46,020 nucleotides of DNA. It comes from an uncultured Bacilli bacterium. GTDB lineage: Bacteria > Bacillota_I > Bacilli_A > ML615J-28 > CAG-313. The position numbers and the translations under genes are program-made. Positions 15,202 through 26,900 of the stretch are shown here, one piece after another. Every line of letters starts with the position of its first letter. Within the stretch, counting starts at the first letter, position 1. A model generated the notes under the pieces. That model did not search any database. It had not been told where the DNA came from and saw nothing but the letters and a program-made list of their open reading frames with translations. The stretch is taken from the NCBI GenBank assembly GCA_947627685.1, contig CANQWZ010000002.1, positions 1-46,020 on the forward strand, written 5' to 3'.

Positions 15202-18093
15202 TTAACTTATGCTTGGTTTATAATCTCCCAATCTATAGAAATAAATCCAGAAATAACTTGTATAGTTATTGTCAATAACAATTTGTACTTCAGTATTAGC
15301 ATAGCATATATATCTATCTGATTTTCCATTCATTTGGCTTTCAGGTGTGCAAAGAGCTTCAATGCGTTCATAGCCTAATGCTTCAAGTTTACTACCAAGA
15401 TCTGCCATTAATTCTTCATAATTTAAAATTTTCATATTTTCATCATAGTTGGTAGAGCGCGCTGTGAAACTAATATAACCATGTTTTTCTTGGTTACCAT
15501 CGGCATCTGTACTTACAACTTTGCAATCATAGAATGGACCATAAATGTTATCACCGAAAACTTCTAATAAAACTGATGGTTGGAAAATATCTTGCCAATT
15601 AGTTGGGAAAATAGTCTTTAATACTACAAGAGCATTTTCATCACGTGAAGTTTCAGTATCTAAATTATTATAATATTTACATGTATATTCATCCCAATTA
15701 AGTTTTAATTTTCTTGGAACGTATCCATCAAATGTACCTTCTTCAATTGTTGTTGTACCAACTTCTGAATATGTTGTTGTAACAAAACCAACATAAGTAC
15801 CTTGCGTTACTGAATATGGGAAAACAGTCGATATTAGATTACCATTATCATCAACTGTAATTTGTAATGTTGTATCAAGTGTAGCCTCAGCATCATCAGC
15901 GTATTCATATACACTTATTTGCATAGCAATATCTCTTACAACACTTGTTTCTCTTAAAGCAAAAGTATAAGTGGTAACACCATTAGCAAAACTAGATGAT
16001 ACAAATTGGAAAATATTAGCTGAAAAATCAAATTTAGGAAGACTATCAAACATATTTCCTTTTAATTGTCTTGTTCCCACAAGGGCTTTAGCTGAACTAT
16101 CATATTCAAATTCATCATATGTATTAGCATCTATTTGTTTTAAACCACTATATTTAGTACTATAATTTTTACCATCCATTGAAAAATCATATTTAGTAGT
16201 TCTAGCATATAGTACTGCATCTTCAGTAATTTTACCATATAGACCTACTGTACCGGTTGCGGAAGTATAGTCTTGTACAGCAAAGCTCATTAATTGTTTA
16301 AATGGATTAGCAAGTAAAGAATTACTTAATGGTGTAGCTGTATAAATAACAGAAGCATTAGTAGATAAAGCATCTAATTCATAATCACCACTATCGCTTG
16401 ATGGAGCAGAAGTTGTTGTATCAACAGCTCTAAAGGTATAATTGTTAGCTGTTTTCATTTTATTTAAAGCAGCTTCTAGTTTTTCAACATTAACTGGTGC
16501 ATCATATGGGGTAGGATCTTCAACTTGGGTTGTACCAATTTCTGAGAATTCAACATAGAAAGAAGTGTATGAATATGCATCAGCATGACCTGTTTCGTCA
16601 GCACCATATAAAATAGTTTCGGTTTGCGCAAGTAATCTTGTAATTTTGCCATCTTCTATTTGTAAATATACTTTATCTAAAGTATCACTTAGCATTGGTG
16701 TAAGTGAAACAGCTAAATAAGTTAAGAAATATAATTCTTCTTCGGTTTTTTGTTTATATTGACCATCACCTTCGGTTGCAGGAACGTATTCATAAACATC
16801 ATTTTCTGAATCATATAAGAACTTATTAACATCAGTAAAGTTATTAAGGTGATTCCATAAATGTTGTGATTCCCAAACAGCTGGAATACTCATATAATCT
16901 TTAACAGCAGTATGAGCAACTTGATTGTTTTTATCAATATATACTTTTTCCATACCATGTCCTGTTACACCATTTTGATCGGTAACACTATTGTTTGCTC
17001 TACGATAACTATCAAAAATAGCTGTATCAGGTCTGCCTTGTGCTTGCCATTTACCACTCCAAGCACCTTCTGTCATTTTAACTTCCATGTCATAACTTTG
17101 TATAACATTATTAGCAGATTGGTTATTATCATAATAATAGTCAGTTAAAACACCTTTTAAGGTAATACTAGGATTAGCAATTGTTTTTAATAAGTCAGTT
17201 GTTAAATCACCATTTTTACCCTCTACATAAGGAGCTTTAACTCTAATTGTTTTAGAAACAAATACATTTTTATTAGCAACGGATGTTGCGGTAACAGTAA
17301 CTAATTTATCTAAAGTTATTTGTTTTAATACGCTTAAAACATCATTTTCAATTTTAACAAGATCAGGATCAGATACTGTCCATGTATAATCAGTATTAGT
17401 AGAACCTGTTACAGTAACATCAAAAGTTATTGTTTGTCCATATTCAACAACTTCACTTGATGATGTCATTGTCATTTTAACAGTAGGTTGTGTTTTTGGT
17501 AAAACAGAAATGATAGTTGTAGCTGTAACAGTATTATCAGCTTTAGCAACCGCTGTAATAACTACTTGCATTGGTAAAACAACATCTTTATTAACAGTAA
17601 TAACATTTCCTTCAAGGCTAACTACATCTTTAGCCTCATTTGATAATTTTACCGTGTAGTCTTTGTCAGCTAAACCAACAATACTAACACTAACATTAGC
17701 TGATTCACCTTCAACTAAAGAACTCTTATCTACGCTTACGCCTATTTTTGGAGCAACTACAGTTATTTCTCTTGTTACACTAATATTTTTGTCCGCATTA
17801 GCCGTAGCTGTAATTTTTACTTTAGTATCTTCTAGAACTTTCTTTTTAACACTTAAATAATTATAAGAGTCGATTTGTAATATATTACGATCTTCAATAT
17901 CCCAAAGTATTGAAGTGTTGTCACTACCTGAAACAGTGGCGTTTAGTTTTACTTCTTCGCCAAGCTCAATAGTATCTTTTAAAGTAAAATCGATAGATAC
18001 TTTATGTTTTTTACAACTTGCAATAGCAAAAACAAATAAGCCAGCTATTGCCAACATCGAGCATTTAATTAATAAATTTTTAAATCTTTTCAT
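15202..18093 (-). CDS. 963-aa surface lipoprotein: 3-4 Big_2-like Ig domains plus two copies of an unassigned ~200-aa module
   Basis: SD GGAAGGAG. Signal peptide ...LAIAGLFVFAIASC (lipobox IASC). Big_2-like repeats (e.g. IELGEEVKLNATVSGSDNTSILWDIEDRNILQID....VKITATANADKNISVTREITV). The C-terminal ~680 aa are paralogous to the 744-aa and 730-aa lipoproteins. Confidence 0.8.
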   Translation of the reverse strand: MKRFKNLLIKCSMLAIAGLFVFAIASCKKHKVSIDFTLKDTIELGEEVKLNATVSGSDNTSILWDIEDRNILQIDSYNYLSVKKKVLEDTKVKITATANADKNISVTREITVVAPKIGVSVDKSSLVEGESANVSVSIVGLADKDYTVKLSNEAKDVVSLEGNVITVNKDVVLPMQVVITAVAKADNTVTATTIISVLPKTQPTVKMTMTSSSEVVEYGQTITFDVTVTGSTNTDYTWTVSDPDLVKIENDVLSVLKQITLDKLVTVTATSVANKNVFVSKTIRVKAPYVEGKNGDLTTDLLKTIANPSITLKGVLTDYYYDNNQSANNVIQSYDMEVKMTEGAWSGKWQAQGRPDTAIFDSYRRANNSVTDQNGVTGHGMEKVYIDKNNQVAHTAVKDYMSIPAVWESQHLWNHLNNFTDVNKFLYDSENDVYEYVPATEGDGQYKQKTEEELYFLTYLAVSLTPMLSDTLDKVYLQIEDGKITRLLAQTETILYGADETGHADAYSYTSFYVEFSEIGTTQVEDPTPYDAPVNVEKLEAALNKMKTANNYTFRAVDTTTSAPSSDSGDYELDALSTNASVIYTATPLSNSLLANPFKQLMSFAVQDYTSATGTVGLYGKITEDAVLYARTTKYDFSMDGKNYSTKYSGLKQIDANTYDEFEYDSSAKALVGTRQLKGNMFDSLPKFDFSANIFQFVSSSFANGVTTYTFALRETSVVRDIAMQISVYEYADDAEATLDTTLQITVDDNGNLISTVFPYSVTQGTYVGFVTTTYSEVGTTTIEEGTFDGYVPRKLKLNWDEYTCKYYNNLDTETSRDENALVVLKTIFPTNWQDIFQPSVLLEVFGDNIYGPFYDCKVVSTDADGNQEKHGYISFTARSTNYDENMKILNYEELMADLGSKLEALGYERIEALCTPESQMNGKSDRYICYANTEVQIVIDNNYTSYFWIYFYRLGDYKPSIS

Positions 18094-18108
18094 TTTTTAC
18101 TCCTTCCC

Positions 18109-20343
18109 TTAAACTTTCCAAATATAAATATTCAATTCTTGACCACTATCAACAGGGGCTATACCAATATCACCTTTCGTAAATTCATCATAAGCATTTT
18201 TAGTAAAGCCTAAACTTAATAAATAAGTTTCTATCGTCTTTAATGATTTATTAATCGTATAGTCAATTTCAAGTGGCACATCATAAAAGAATACAATGGC
18301 TACTTTACCTGTATTTGTTCCTTTAGGGACATACATATATGGTATACCAAAGCCATATGTATCACCAATAACAGAACCAAAGAATGGCATTTTTTCTTCA
18401 ATATTTTCATCACCATAGAAAGTTTTTAAATATTCAAGAGCATTATTTTCGATATCAACATTGTCTTCGTTTGTGGTAATGGTTAAATCATTCCAAGAAG
18501 ATGGCACCATTCTTGTTGTAAATTCAACATTAGCATCTTGTGGAAGCGTTGCTTCATTAAAATCACTATAGGCAATTTCAACTACACCATATATTGGTCC
18601 CATGTAGAAGTAAAAACATGCTTCCACAATATAATTATCTTTAACAACTACATAAGGAGTAAAGGATTGTGTAGTTGATGGATAGGTTGAGGCATAAATA
18701 CCATAAAGATTAATATCATTACCAACGCCATAATAGTAAGTTGTTGCAACATTTGCCATAAGACTATCTACATAGTAGGTTATTGTTCCTTCTTCTTTAT
18801 CTTCAAAGTAAGCTGTAAAGATTTCGGGAGCAAAAGCAAAACTTGGTCTTGCAACCGATAATTCTTTGTTATAAGCTCTTGATGCTTCATATGAACCATC
18901 AATATTTTGAAAATAGCTGTTATATAAAGTGTCTTCTATTTTTTTGTAGCCATATGCATCATTATCAGAAAAGACATTAGCATTATTTTCAACTTCAAAT
19001 GGATCAAAATATAAATTATCTTGTGTAATGGTTTCAACAAAGCCACGATTTAATACATTGGCTTCTGTAAGAACAATTGTTAACTCGGTAAAGGTTAATT
19101 TATAACTACTTAAAGCATGCATATTCTCAAGTGCTAGGCTAAGTTTATCATGAATAGCATCATGTTGATATTTGCCAATTGCTGGAATAGTAAGTGTCTC
19201 ACCATAGTTAATGATTACAACCATTTCTTGAATAGCTTTAAAGCCACCTTGAAGGCTATAGTCAGCACCGCTTTTAGCATAAATACCAATTATTTCCCCA
19301 TCTTCGATAATGAGTGAAAAGCCATTTGCGACAAAAGTATATGGATTGGCTGAAGCAATCATTTGTTCTGGTAATTTGCTATCAGCACCAGTGTAATCAA
19401 AACGACCACTTTCTTCATTATAAGTAAAATCGTTAATGGTTAGATTTTTAAAATTATTATATAAGCCCGCATCAGTCCATGAAACTGGTCTACCTTGGTT
19501 ATCAAGCATTGGTTCGTATTCTTCTTCATTCATAAGATTAACACCCACAACGCAAGCTAAATCATCATGATTTTTATAAAACAAATTCATTGGAATGCCA
19601 TAAGCATCTTCATACTCTGTATACCAAGTAGTACCATCCATAGCGGTTTTAACGTTATATGTATATGTACTATCTAATTTTTCAAATAAACCAATTGTAT
19701 ATAATTTAACATTTACATAACCTTCAAAACCAATTTTTTCTTCTTTTATGCTATCTAACATTGCTTGGGTTAAAACGGGTTTAGCAATAATAGTAATAAC
19801 TACTTTATTAGTAACAGTTGGATCAAAATTACTTTTTGCCACAACGGTAATGATTTTATCACCACTAACTTCTTTAGCAGTAAACGTACCATCAGGTGCA
19901 ATCGTTGCATATTCTTGACCGGAAGTAATTTCCCAAGTTACGGTAGTATCAGGTGCATCCGAAACGGTTGCTGTAAGTTTAATAGACTCACCACTTTTAA
20001 CTTCAGTAGGTCCAGAAATGGTAATTTTAGTATCGTATTTTGGTGGTAAGACAATCAAATTCCATTTAGCTGTTAGGGTAATATCAGCCTTTTGATTTTC
20101 GGAAATGACTTCGATTTTTTTATCACCATCAAACCAACCTATAAATTCATATCCATCTTTGGTAGCATCAAGTAAAGTAACTTTCGTTCCCTCTTGAAAT
20201 TCAGTGGGGTTATTAGGATTGTTGATACCACCATCAAGCACATAAGTAATACTGTGCTTGATAGGGTCTTTTTTGTGTGAATCGCAAGAACATAAACCAA
20301 GGATACATAATATTGTGCATAAAATAAGACTTATTTTTTTCAT
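18109..20343 (-). CDS. 744-aa surface lipoprotein: one Flg_new repeat, one Big_2-like domain and two copies of the unassigned module
   Basis: SD AGGAGG. Signal peptide MKKISLILCTILCILGLCSC. ITYVLDGGINNPNNPTEFQEGTKVTLLDATKDGYEFIGWFDGDKKI.....ADITLTAKW is a Listeria-Bacteroides repeat. ITISGPTEVKSGESIKLTATVSDAPDTTVTWEITSG is Big_2-like. The C-terminus aligns by eye with that of the 963-aa protein. Confidence 0.8.
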   Translation of the reverse strand: MKKISLILCTILCILGLCSCDSHKKDPIKHSITYVLDGGINNPNNPTEFQEGTKVTLLDATKDGYEFIGWFDGDKKIEVISENQKADITLTAKWNLIVLPPKYDTKITISGPTEVKSGESIKLTATVSDAPDTTVTWEITSGQEYATIAPDGTFTAKEVSGDKIITVVAKSNFDPTVTNKVVITIIAKPVLTQAMLDSIKEEKIGFEGYVNVKLYTIGLFEKLDSTYTYNVKTAMDGTTWYTEYEDAYGIPMNLFYKNHDDLACVVGVNLMNEEEYEPMLDNQGRPVSWTDAGLYNNFKNLTINDFTYNEESGRFDYTGADSKLPEQMIASANPYTFVANGFSLIIEDGEIIGIYAKSGADYSLQGGFKAIQEMVVIINYGETLTIPAIGKYQHDAIHDKLSLALENMHALSSYKLTFTELTIVLTEANVLNRGFVETITQDNLYFDPFEVENNANVFSDNDAYGYKKIEDTLYNSYFQNIDGSYEASRAYNKELSVARPSFAFAPEIFTAYFEDKEEGTITYYVDSLMANVATTYYYGVGNDINLYGIYASTYPSTTQSFTPYVVVKDNYIVEACFYFYMGPIYGVVEIAYSDFNEATLPQDANVEFTTRMVPSSWNDLTITTNEDNVDIENNALEYLKTFYGDENIEEKMPFFGSVIGDTYGFGIPYMYVPKGTNTGKVAIVFFYDVPLEIDYTINKSLKTIETYLLSLGFTKNAYDEFTKGDIGIAPVDSGQELNIYIWKV

Positions 20344-20358
20344 CTATTTTACATCCTC

Positions 20359-20910
20359 CTAATATTGATATGTACATGTTATTTTAACATCACGACCAGA
20401 TGTTGCTTGATATGTACATTCCATACTTACAATCTTGCCTTTTGTAAAAAGGAAAACAAAACTAGCATCACCTAAGGCATTCATGTCTTGATTATCAAAT
20501 ACTTCTTTGATATTGCCATTAGAAACTTTAAATGTTACTTTATCTTTTTCTTCAACAATATCTTTGCATATTTTTTTATTGATTTTTAATTTAAAAACAA
20601 ATAATTCTTCTCTAGAAACATTATCACGAGTATCAGAAGTTGTTTGTGATTGTAATTGAAAATTATTATCTAAAGTTAAAATATTAGTACTTACGCTTGC
20701 TGTATCTTCTGTGATAAAACTAACAGTACTTATATATCGATAAACTAAAACATTTTGATCATTTACACTTATATCAGTTACTACTTCGTTTACATCTTTA
20801 AGAGCTTTATTGATATTTTTGCTAATTTTGTTAACTTTTTGTTTACAACCAGTAAGGGTAAATAACATACAAAAAGCAAGTAAAAGGGTTATAATATATC
20901 TTTTTTTCAT
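20359..20910 (-). CDS. 183-aa lipoprotein, unknown function
   Basis: SD AGGAGG. Signal peptide MKKRYIITLLLAFCMLFTLTGC (lipobox LTGC). I recognise no other motif. Confidence 0.7.
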   Translation of the reverse strand: MKKRYIITLLLAFCMLFTLTGCKQKVNKISKNINKALKDVNEVVTDISVNDQNVLVYRYISTVSFITEDTASVSTNILTLDNNFQLQSQTTSDTRDNVSREELFVFKLKINKKICKDIVEEKDKVTFKVSNGNIKEVFDNQDMNALGDASFVFLFTKGKIVSMECTYQATSGRDVKITCTYQY

Positions 20911-20923
20911 TGTTTTTTACCTC

Positions 20924-23900
20924 CTACCATAAGTCTTTCTTCTTAACAAATATCATCATCGCAATTAGACTAGTTGCTGCAACAATACTGCTAATAATTA
21001 AAACTTTATTTACACTATCTACAATAGGGCTAACCTCACTATCAAGGTCGGCACGATAAGCTTCATAAGATGCCATTAATTGATTGTAATTAGTTAAATC
21101 AAGAAGTGATCTATCAGCTCTTGATAAATTAGCAAGTTCACTAGCAATGCTTCTTAACTCTTCAATATCTTTAACATTAAATTCGGTAGGTAAACTATTT
21201 AAACGTTTATCTAAATCTTGTAAAGCCTTTGTTGAGCTTGCAAGTTTTAATTTACGAAGAACTTGTTTAGCATTATTAGCAACTTCAACTAATTCATTCC
21301 ATTTGTCCATGGAAATACCATATTTAGTAGGATCTTGTTTTACCATATTTAATTGGGCAATAGCATTATTGATTAATTCTTCGTTTGCTAAAGTAATATT
21401 ATTTAAGGCTTTAATTTCTTCAGCGTATTCCATGAAATTAATCATACTACTATGCATAGCTTCATATCCACTTTTTTGGGCTTCTTGAGCACTACCAAAG
21501 TATGCAAGATAAACAATGGAATCATATCCTACGATATCAGGATTAGATGGTAAAATCATTTGAATTGGGTTAAATGTACCTACTAAACCAACAAAATTGA
21601 AATAAGCAAGTTCTAAACCAAATAAATCAAAATATTTACTTAAAAGATCATAACCAGGATCTGATTCACTAATTTGAACTTCATCGTTATAAGAATCTTC
21701 CAAAATTGGAGCGGTAAATGATTTAAATTCAACACTTGTTAATCTATCATAACCGTAGAAAGCGTAATTACCAATGATTTTTAAACTATCTGGTAAAACA
21801 ATCTGAGAAATGTTTTTGTTTTCGTTTCCAGCATATGTTTCTATTCGAATAGTTCCTTCTTCTACTACTAATGTAGTTCCTTTTTGTTCATCTGCTGTTT
21901 CGTCTTTGTAATTAGCAGGAATGCTATTTAAAATTAATTTGCCATTACTTAATATTGTATATAATACGCCATTTACTATTTTAGCATAGCTATTAATTTG
22001 CGCATTATCTGAAAGTTCATTATCTTTTTTAACATAATATTTTTCTAGACTAGTATCACCATCAAATACACCAATACCAATATGTTTAAGATTTTCACTA
22101 AATGTAAAAGCCGTTAAGTTTGGCATAGTTTGGAAAGCATAGTCATTAATAATTTCAAGTTTAGGAGCATTAACAGTCGTTAAAGCTGCTTGTTGGAATG
22201 CATATTCACCAACTTCTACTAATTCATTAGCATCACCAATTGATACTAATCTAGTGCAGTCAGCAAAGCTACCAAAACCAATCGTTTTAACGCTTGCTAA
22301 ATCGATGTTAGCTAAAACATGGCATGATGTAAAAGCATAATCATCTATTTTTTCAACCTTTTCAAGGTTAATTGTTTGTAAAAGTTCACAACCACTAAAA
22401 CTGTATTGACCAATTGATTTAACAGTTGTAGGTAAATTTACTGTATTTAAATTAATGCAAAAAGCAAACATAAAACTACTGATTTGATCAAGGCTATCAG
22501 GAATAGTGATTTCGGTTAAACCAGCACATCCTAGGAAAGCTCCTTCACCTAAATAAGTTAAAGTATTAGGAAGACTAACTTGTGAGAATATTGGGGCTGT
22601 ACCACTTTCAGAATATCTACCAAAAGCACCTTCACCAACCCATTCAACAACCGGAATATTCAAATAATTTAAAGCCGAACAGTCAGCAAAAGCAAAATTA
22701 CCAACCCTTTTAACATTTACTAAATTAGCAGCTTTTAAAGAAACACAATTATAGAATGTTTCATCTTTGATTTCTTCACCAACTTTACTTAAATCGATTG
22801 TATCTAAAATAGTATCATTAGCAAAGCATGCTGTACCAAATAAAACATTACCATCTTCAGGCATATTAACCGTTGTTAAATGTGCACATTCTTGGAAAGC
22901 ACCAAGACCAAAAGTACTATTTTTACCAATAGTTACTTCTTCAAGAAGTGATTGGAAAAAGACACCTTCGCCATATGTTGCATCATTTGCAAGAGTCACA
23001 TTCTTTATACCACTATTTCTAAAAGCATAATCATTAACTTCTAAAACAGTATCTAAATTATTAACAGTATTTAAAGCTGATGTATAAGCAAAAGCATTGA
23101 TATCTATTTTGTTACCTGCAGCGTTTGCGAAAGTAACTTCTTCAAGGGCTTTACAATTAGCAAAAGCATAACTGCCAATAATAATTGGAGCACTAAAAGT
23201 AATTGATCTGATATTTACGCCTGCAAAAGCACCATTACCAATTTCTTTAATACTTGCTTCTACTTCGTAATCAGCAAAATCATGCACTGGGCTTGCAAAA
23301 ACAATAATAGTGCCTGTAGCATCTAATAAGACATCAGTACTTGTTTTATAGTATTGGTTATTAGGATCAACACTAAATACACTAAGTTTAGTACCTTCAA
23401 AAATAGAACCACGAATATCAGCTAATTTGGTATTTTCTTGGAAAACAATGGTTGTTAAGTTTTCACAATCTTTGAATAAATAATTACCTAAAGTAACTTC
23501 CGAATTTGGTAAAGTAAAGCTTACTAAACTAGGACAGTCATAGAAAGCTTGTGTACCTATTATTTGCACTGTTTTAGCAATATTGAAATTAGCTAATTTT
23601 TCGCATTGACAAAAGGCACCTTCACCAATTGATAATAAATCATTGTGAATATTTACGGTTTGTAAGGCAGCACACTTTGCAAAGCAAAAATCAGGAATTT
23701 GTTTATTTTCATATATATCAATTTCAACAATACCAGTGTTAGCAAACATTGCATAAGCAAGTTTAGTATTTTCTGATAAAGTTACATCTTTTAAAGAAGT
23801 ACAGTTTTCAAATGCATGAGCTGAAGTGTTTCTTAACTGGCTAAGATCACAACTAGTAATTGATGTACATCCTTTAAAACCACCATCACCGATGGCATAA

Positions 23901-26900
23901 ATGTTAGAAAAATCAACATCTTTTAACTTTTCACAGCCAAAGAAACATTCTTTACCAATTACTTGAACATGGGTAAGATCAATTGTTTTTAAGGCTTTAT
24001 CATTATAGAAAGCATATTCACGAATTGTTTTAACCGTATTAGGAATGGTAACGGTTTCTAGACCTGAACAATTATAGAAAGCATATTTTTGAATTTCTAA
24101 AACACCATCAGGAATAACAACTGTTTTAACGGTTGTATTAGCATTAGGAATTTTATTGGCATCATAATCATCTTCAGTTAGTTCGATATCACGATCAGTA
24201 TCATATAAACAAAAAGCATAAGATCCAATATATAAAATACCTTCATCATCAGGAATAACAACATTACCACCTAAACCTTTATAAGCTATTAACATTCTAT
24301 TCTCAATGACAAATTCACTCTTTATGCTTATTCTAACAGTAGCCATGATATTTGACCCATTTAGTTTTAAGCTAATGGTTGTACTACCTTTTTTAAGACC
24401 AGTAACAACACCATCTTGGTCAACTATCGCAACACTTGGATTACTAGATTCATAAGTTTTTTCATAATTATCATCTACATACCATGGATTGATATCATAA
24501 AATAATTGAATTTTTTCACCAGGATAAAAGCTAACCGTATTCATACTAGAAAGGAAATTACGGTCACCTGTTTCACCAATTTCACTTGTTTGGGCAGCTC
24601 TTGAATAAGCAAATAAGGTATTGAAATAAGAAAATCTAAGTGATTCAACTTTAGCCTCAGTAACTGGCGGTAAGTTAGTAGCTTTAACCTCATCAGTTTT
24701 AGCTTTAACACTAACAATTAAAGTTGCCTTTTTACCATAAATAGCCTCGTATACCATAACCGTAGTTCTACCAGCTTTTTTAGCAACTAAGATGCCTTCG
24801 TTTAAGTCAGCAACATTTGGATTAGTTATTTCCCAAACTAAATGTTTTAAATAAGCTTTATCTTGATCTAAATTAGGATCTGTTGAAGTTAGGTAACTTG
24901 TTAAATCAACAACATCACCTTCATTAACACTTAAAAGCAGTTTATCTTTGCCATCAACTGTACCATCTTCAGTAAAACGTAAGTCACCATTGGTACCAGG
25001 AAGAGCGCATAGATAAATATTAGAATTTAAAGCATAGTCATCAATAGCAAAGCCTAAAGCAGTAGGACATACTTCATCATAAAATAAATTATCAATATAA
25101 TCAGTTATTTCAAAACGTACTCTATTATCTTTACCTTTTTCACTATAAACAGGAATAGGATTATCAGTTAAGAAAGTATAACTTGAACTAGAAGTAAAAA
25201 TAATTGGTGTAACTGATTGAACGTATTGATTATCATAAATCATCATTGTTACATAATAACGATCTTTTTTAAGATTAGAGTCATAAATTTTTTCATATGT
25301 AACATCTTTTAAAACTGGAGCTTCATCATCTAAAACAAAATCAAATTGGAAAGTATTACGAATATTTTTAGCTTCGCCACCATCTCCATAATCTAATTTT
25401 GCTTTCATAACGAACGAATATTGCCTATTATTAACAAGACCTAATTCATATGATCTTAAACGCAAGAATTCATAATATGGCATTGGTGTACCATTATAAC
25501 CATAAGCTTTAATAGCATTGACATCTGTATGACTCCAAATTACTTCACCAGTAATTTTATCAGTTATCTTAAAATCAACGGTTTTAGCATTTCTAAGTAA
25601 GCCCGCATATACAGCTGAAATACCATCAATAGAACCTAAGAAATTAGAGATAGCTATGCGATCAGTTGAAGCAGGAATTTCATCATAAATGGAAGTATCG
25701 ATATCATATAGATAACTACCAAGTGGAATAATATAATTATAATAATATGAGCCATATGGAGTAGTTGCATAATAATCAGCTTTTAATTTATCTTCATCAT
25801 CAATGGCATTATTATGAGCTTCTGATTCTACTTCATAAAAGGTTTTATCAAATAGTGGTGCTTCGGTCCAGTCACCATAAAAAGCAAGGAAAGGAATATT
25901 TAAATCAATAGGTGTAAAGCCTTCATCGTTTTTGCTACCACCAGCTTGTAATTTAACGAAACCTTCAACATACATACCATAAGGGAATAAGTTATTAATT
26001 AAATCTTTATCACTTTGGCTTAAAGTATATACAACTTTTATTTTAGCTGTTTGGCCAGCATTAACTACAAGGGTATTACCATTAATAGTTCCACCTTCAA
26101 TAACTTCATATGTAGGTGTACCATTTAAGATTTGTGATTTTTCGGAAACATATTTTTCATCAGATGTTGAAACACTTTCAGTCATTGCAATTACATCTAA
26201 ATCATATGATAATGCATATTCAGCAAGGTTAACAACATTAAATTCCATTGTATAAACACCCTTGCGAGTTGGATCATCTAATAATTCTAGTTTACTACGG
26301 TCAATACCATCAACTGTAATATAACCTTTAGTATTTACCGCGTTATATAAACTAGCAAGACCAGCGCCTTGTTTACGTGGTGAATAAGGATTACCTTGTT
26401 CATTTAACACAATTGAGGCCGTTGACATTAATAGCTGATTTGCCATAACAGATATTTGTTTCCATGTATAGGTTGGATATAATTCTTTTAAATATTGTCT
26501 TATTAAAACAACAATACCACATAAATTAGGTGTAGCCATGGATGTACCACTTAATTCATCATATCCACCACCAGGAATAGCCGATTTGATATTACCACCA
26601 TGAGCAGTAATTTCAGGTTTTAAACCAAGTGATGGTGTAGGTCCCCAGCTAGAGAAATCAGACATAAATGGACCTGCTTGATTACTATAATTAATGGTCA
26701 TTGTACCACTTGCTTTTTCAGCAAGTTTAGTACCATCTTCTTTAGAAATCGAAATGGTTGGAATATGATCACTTTTACCCATGGACATCAAAATGTTACC
26801 TTCGATGTTATTATAAATAATACAAGCAACAGCACCATTGGCTTTAGCAATTTGGGCTTTTTCTTCAAAGGTATTATCACCACGTTTAACTAAAGCAATT

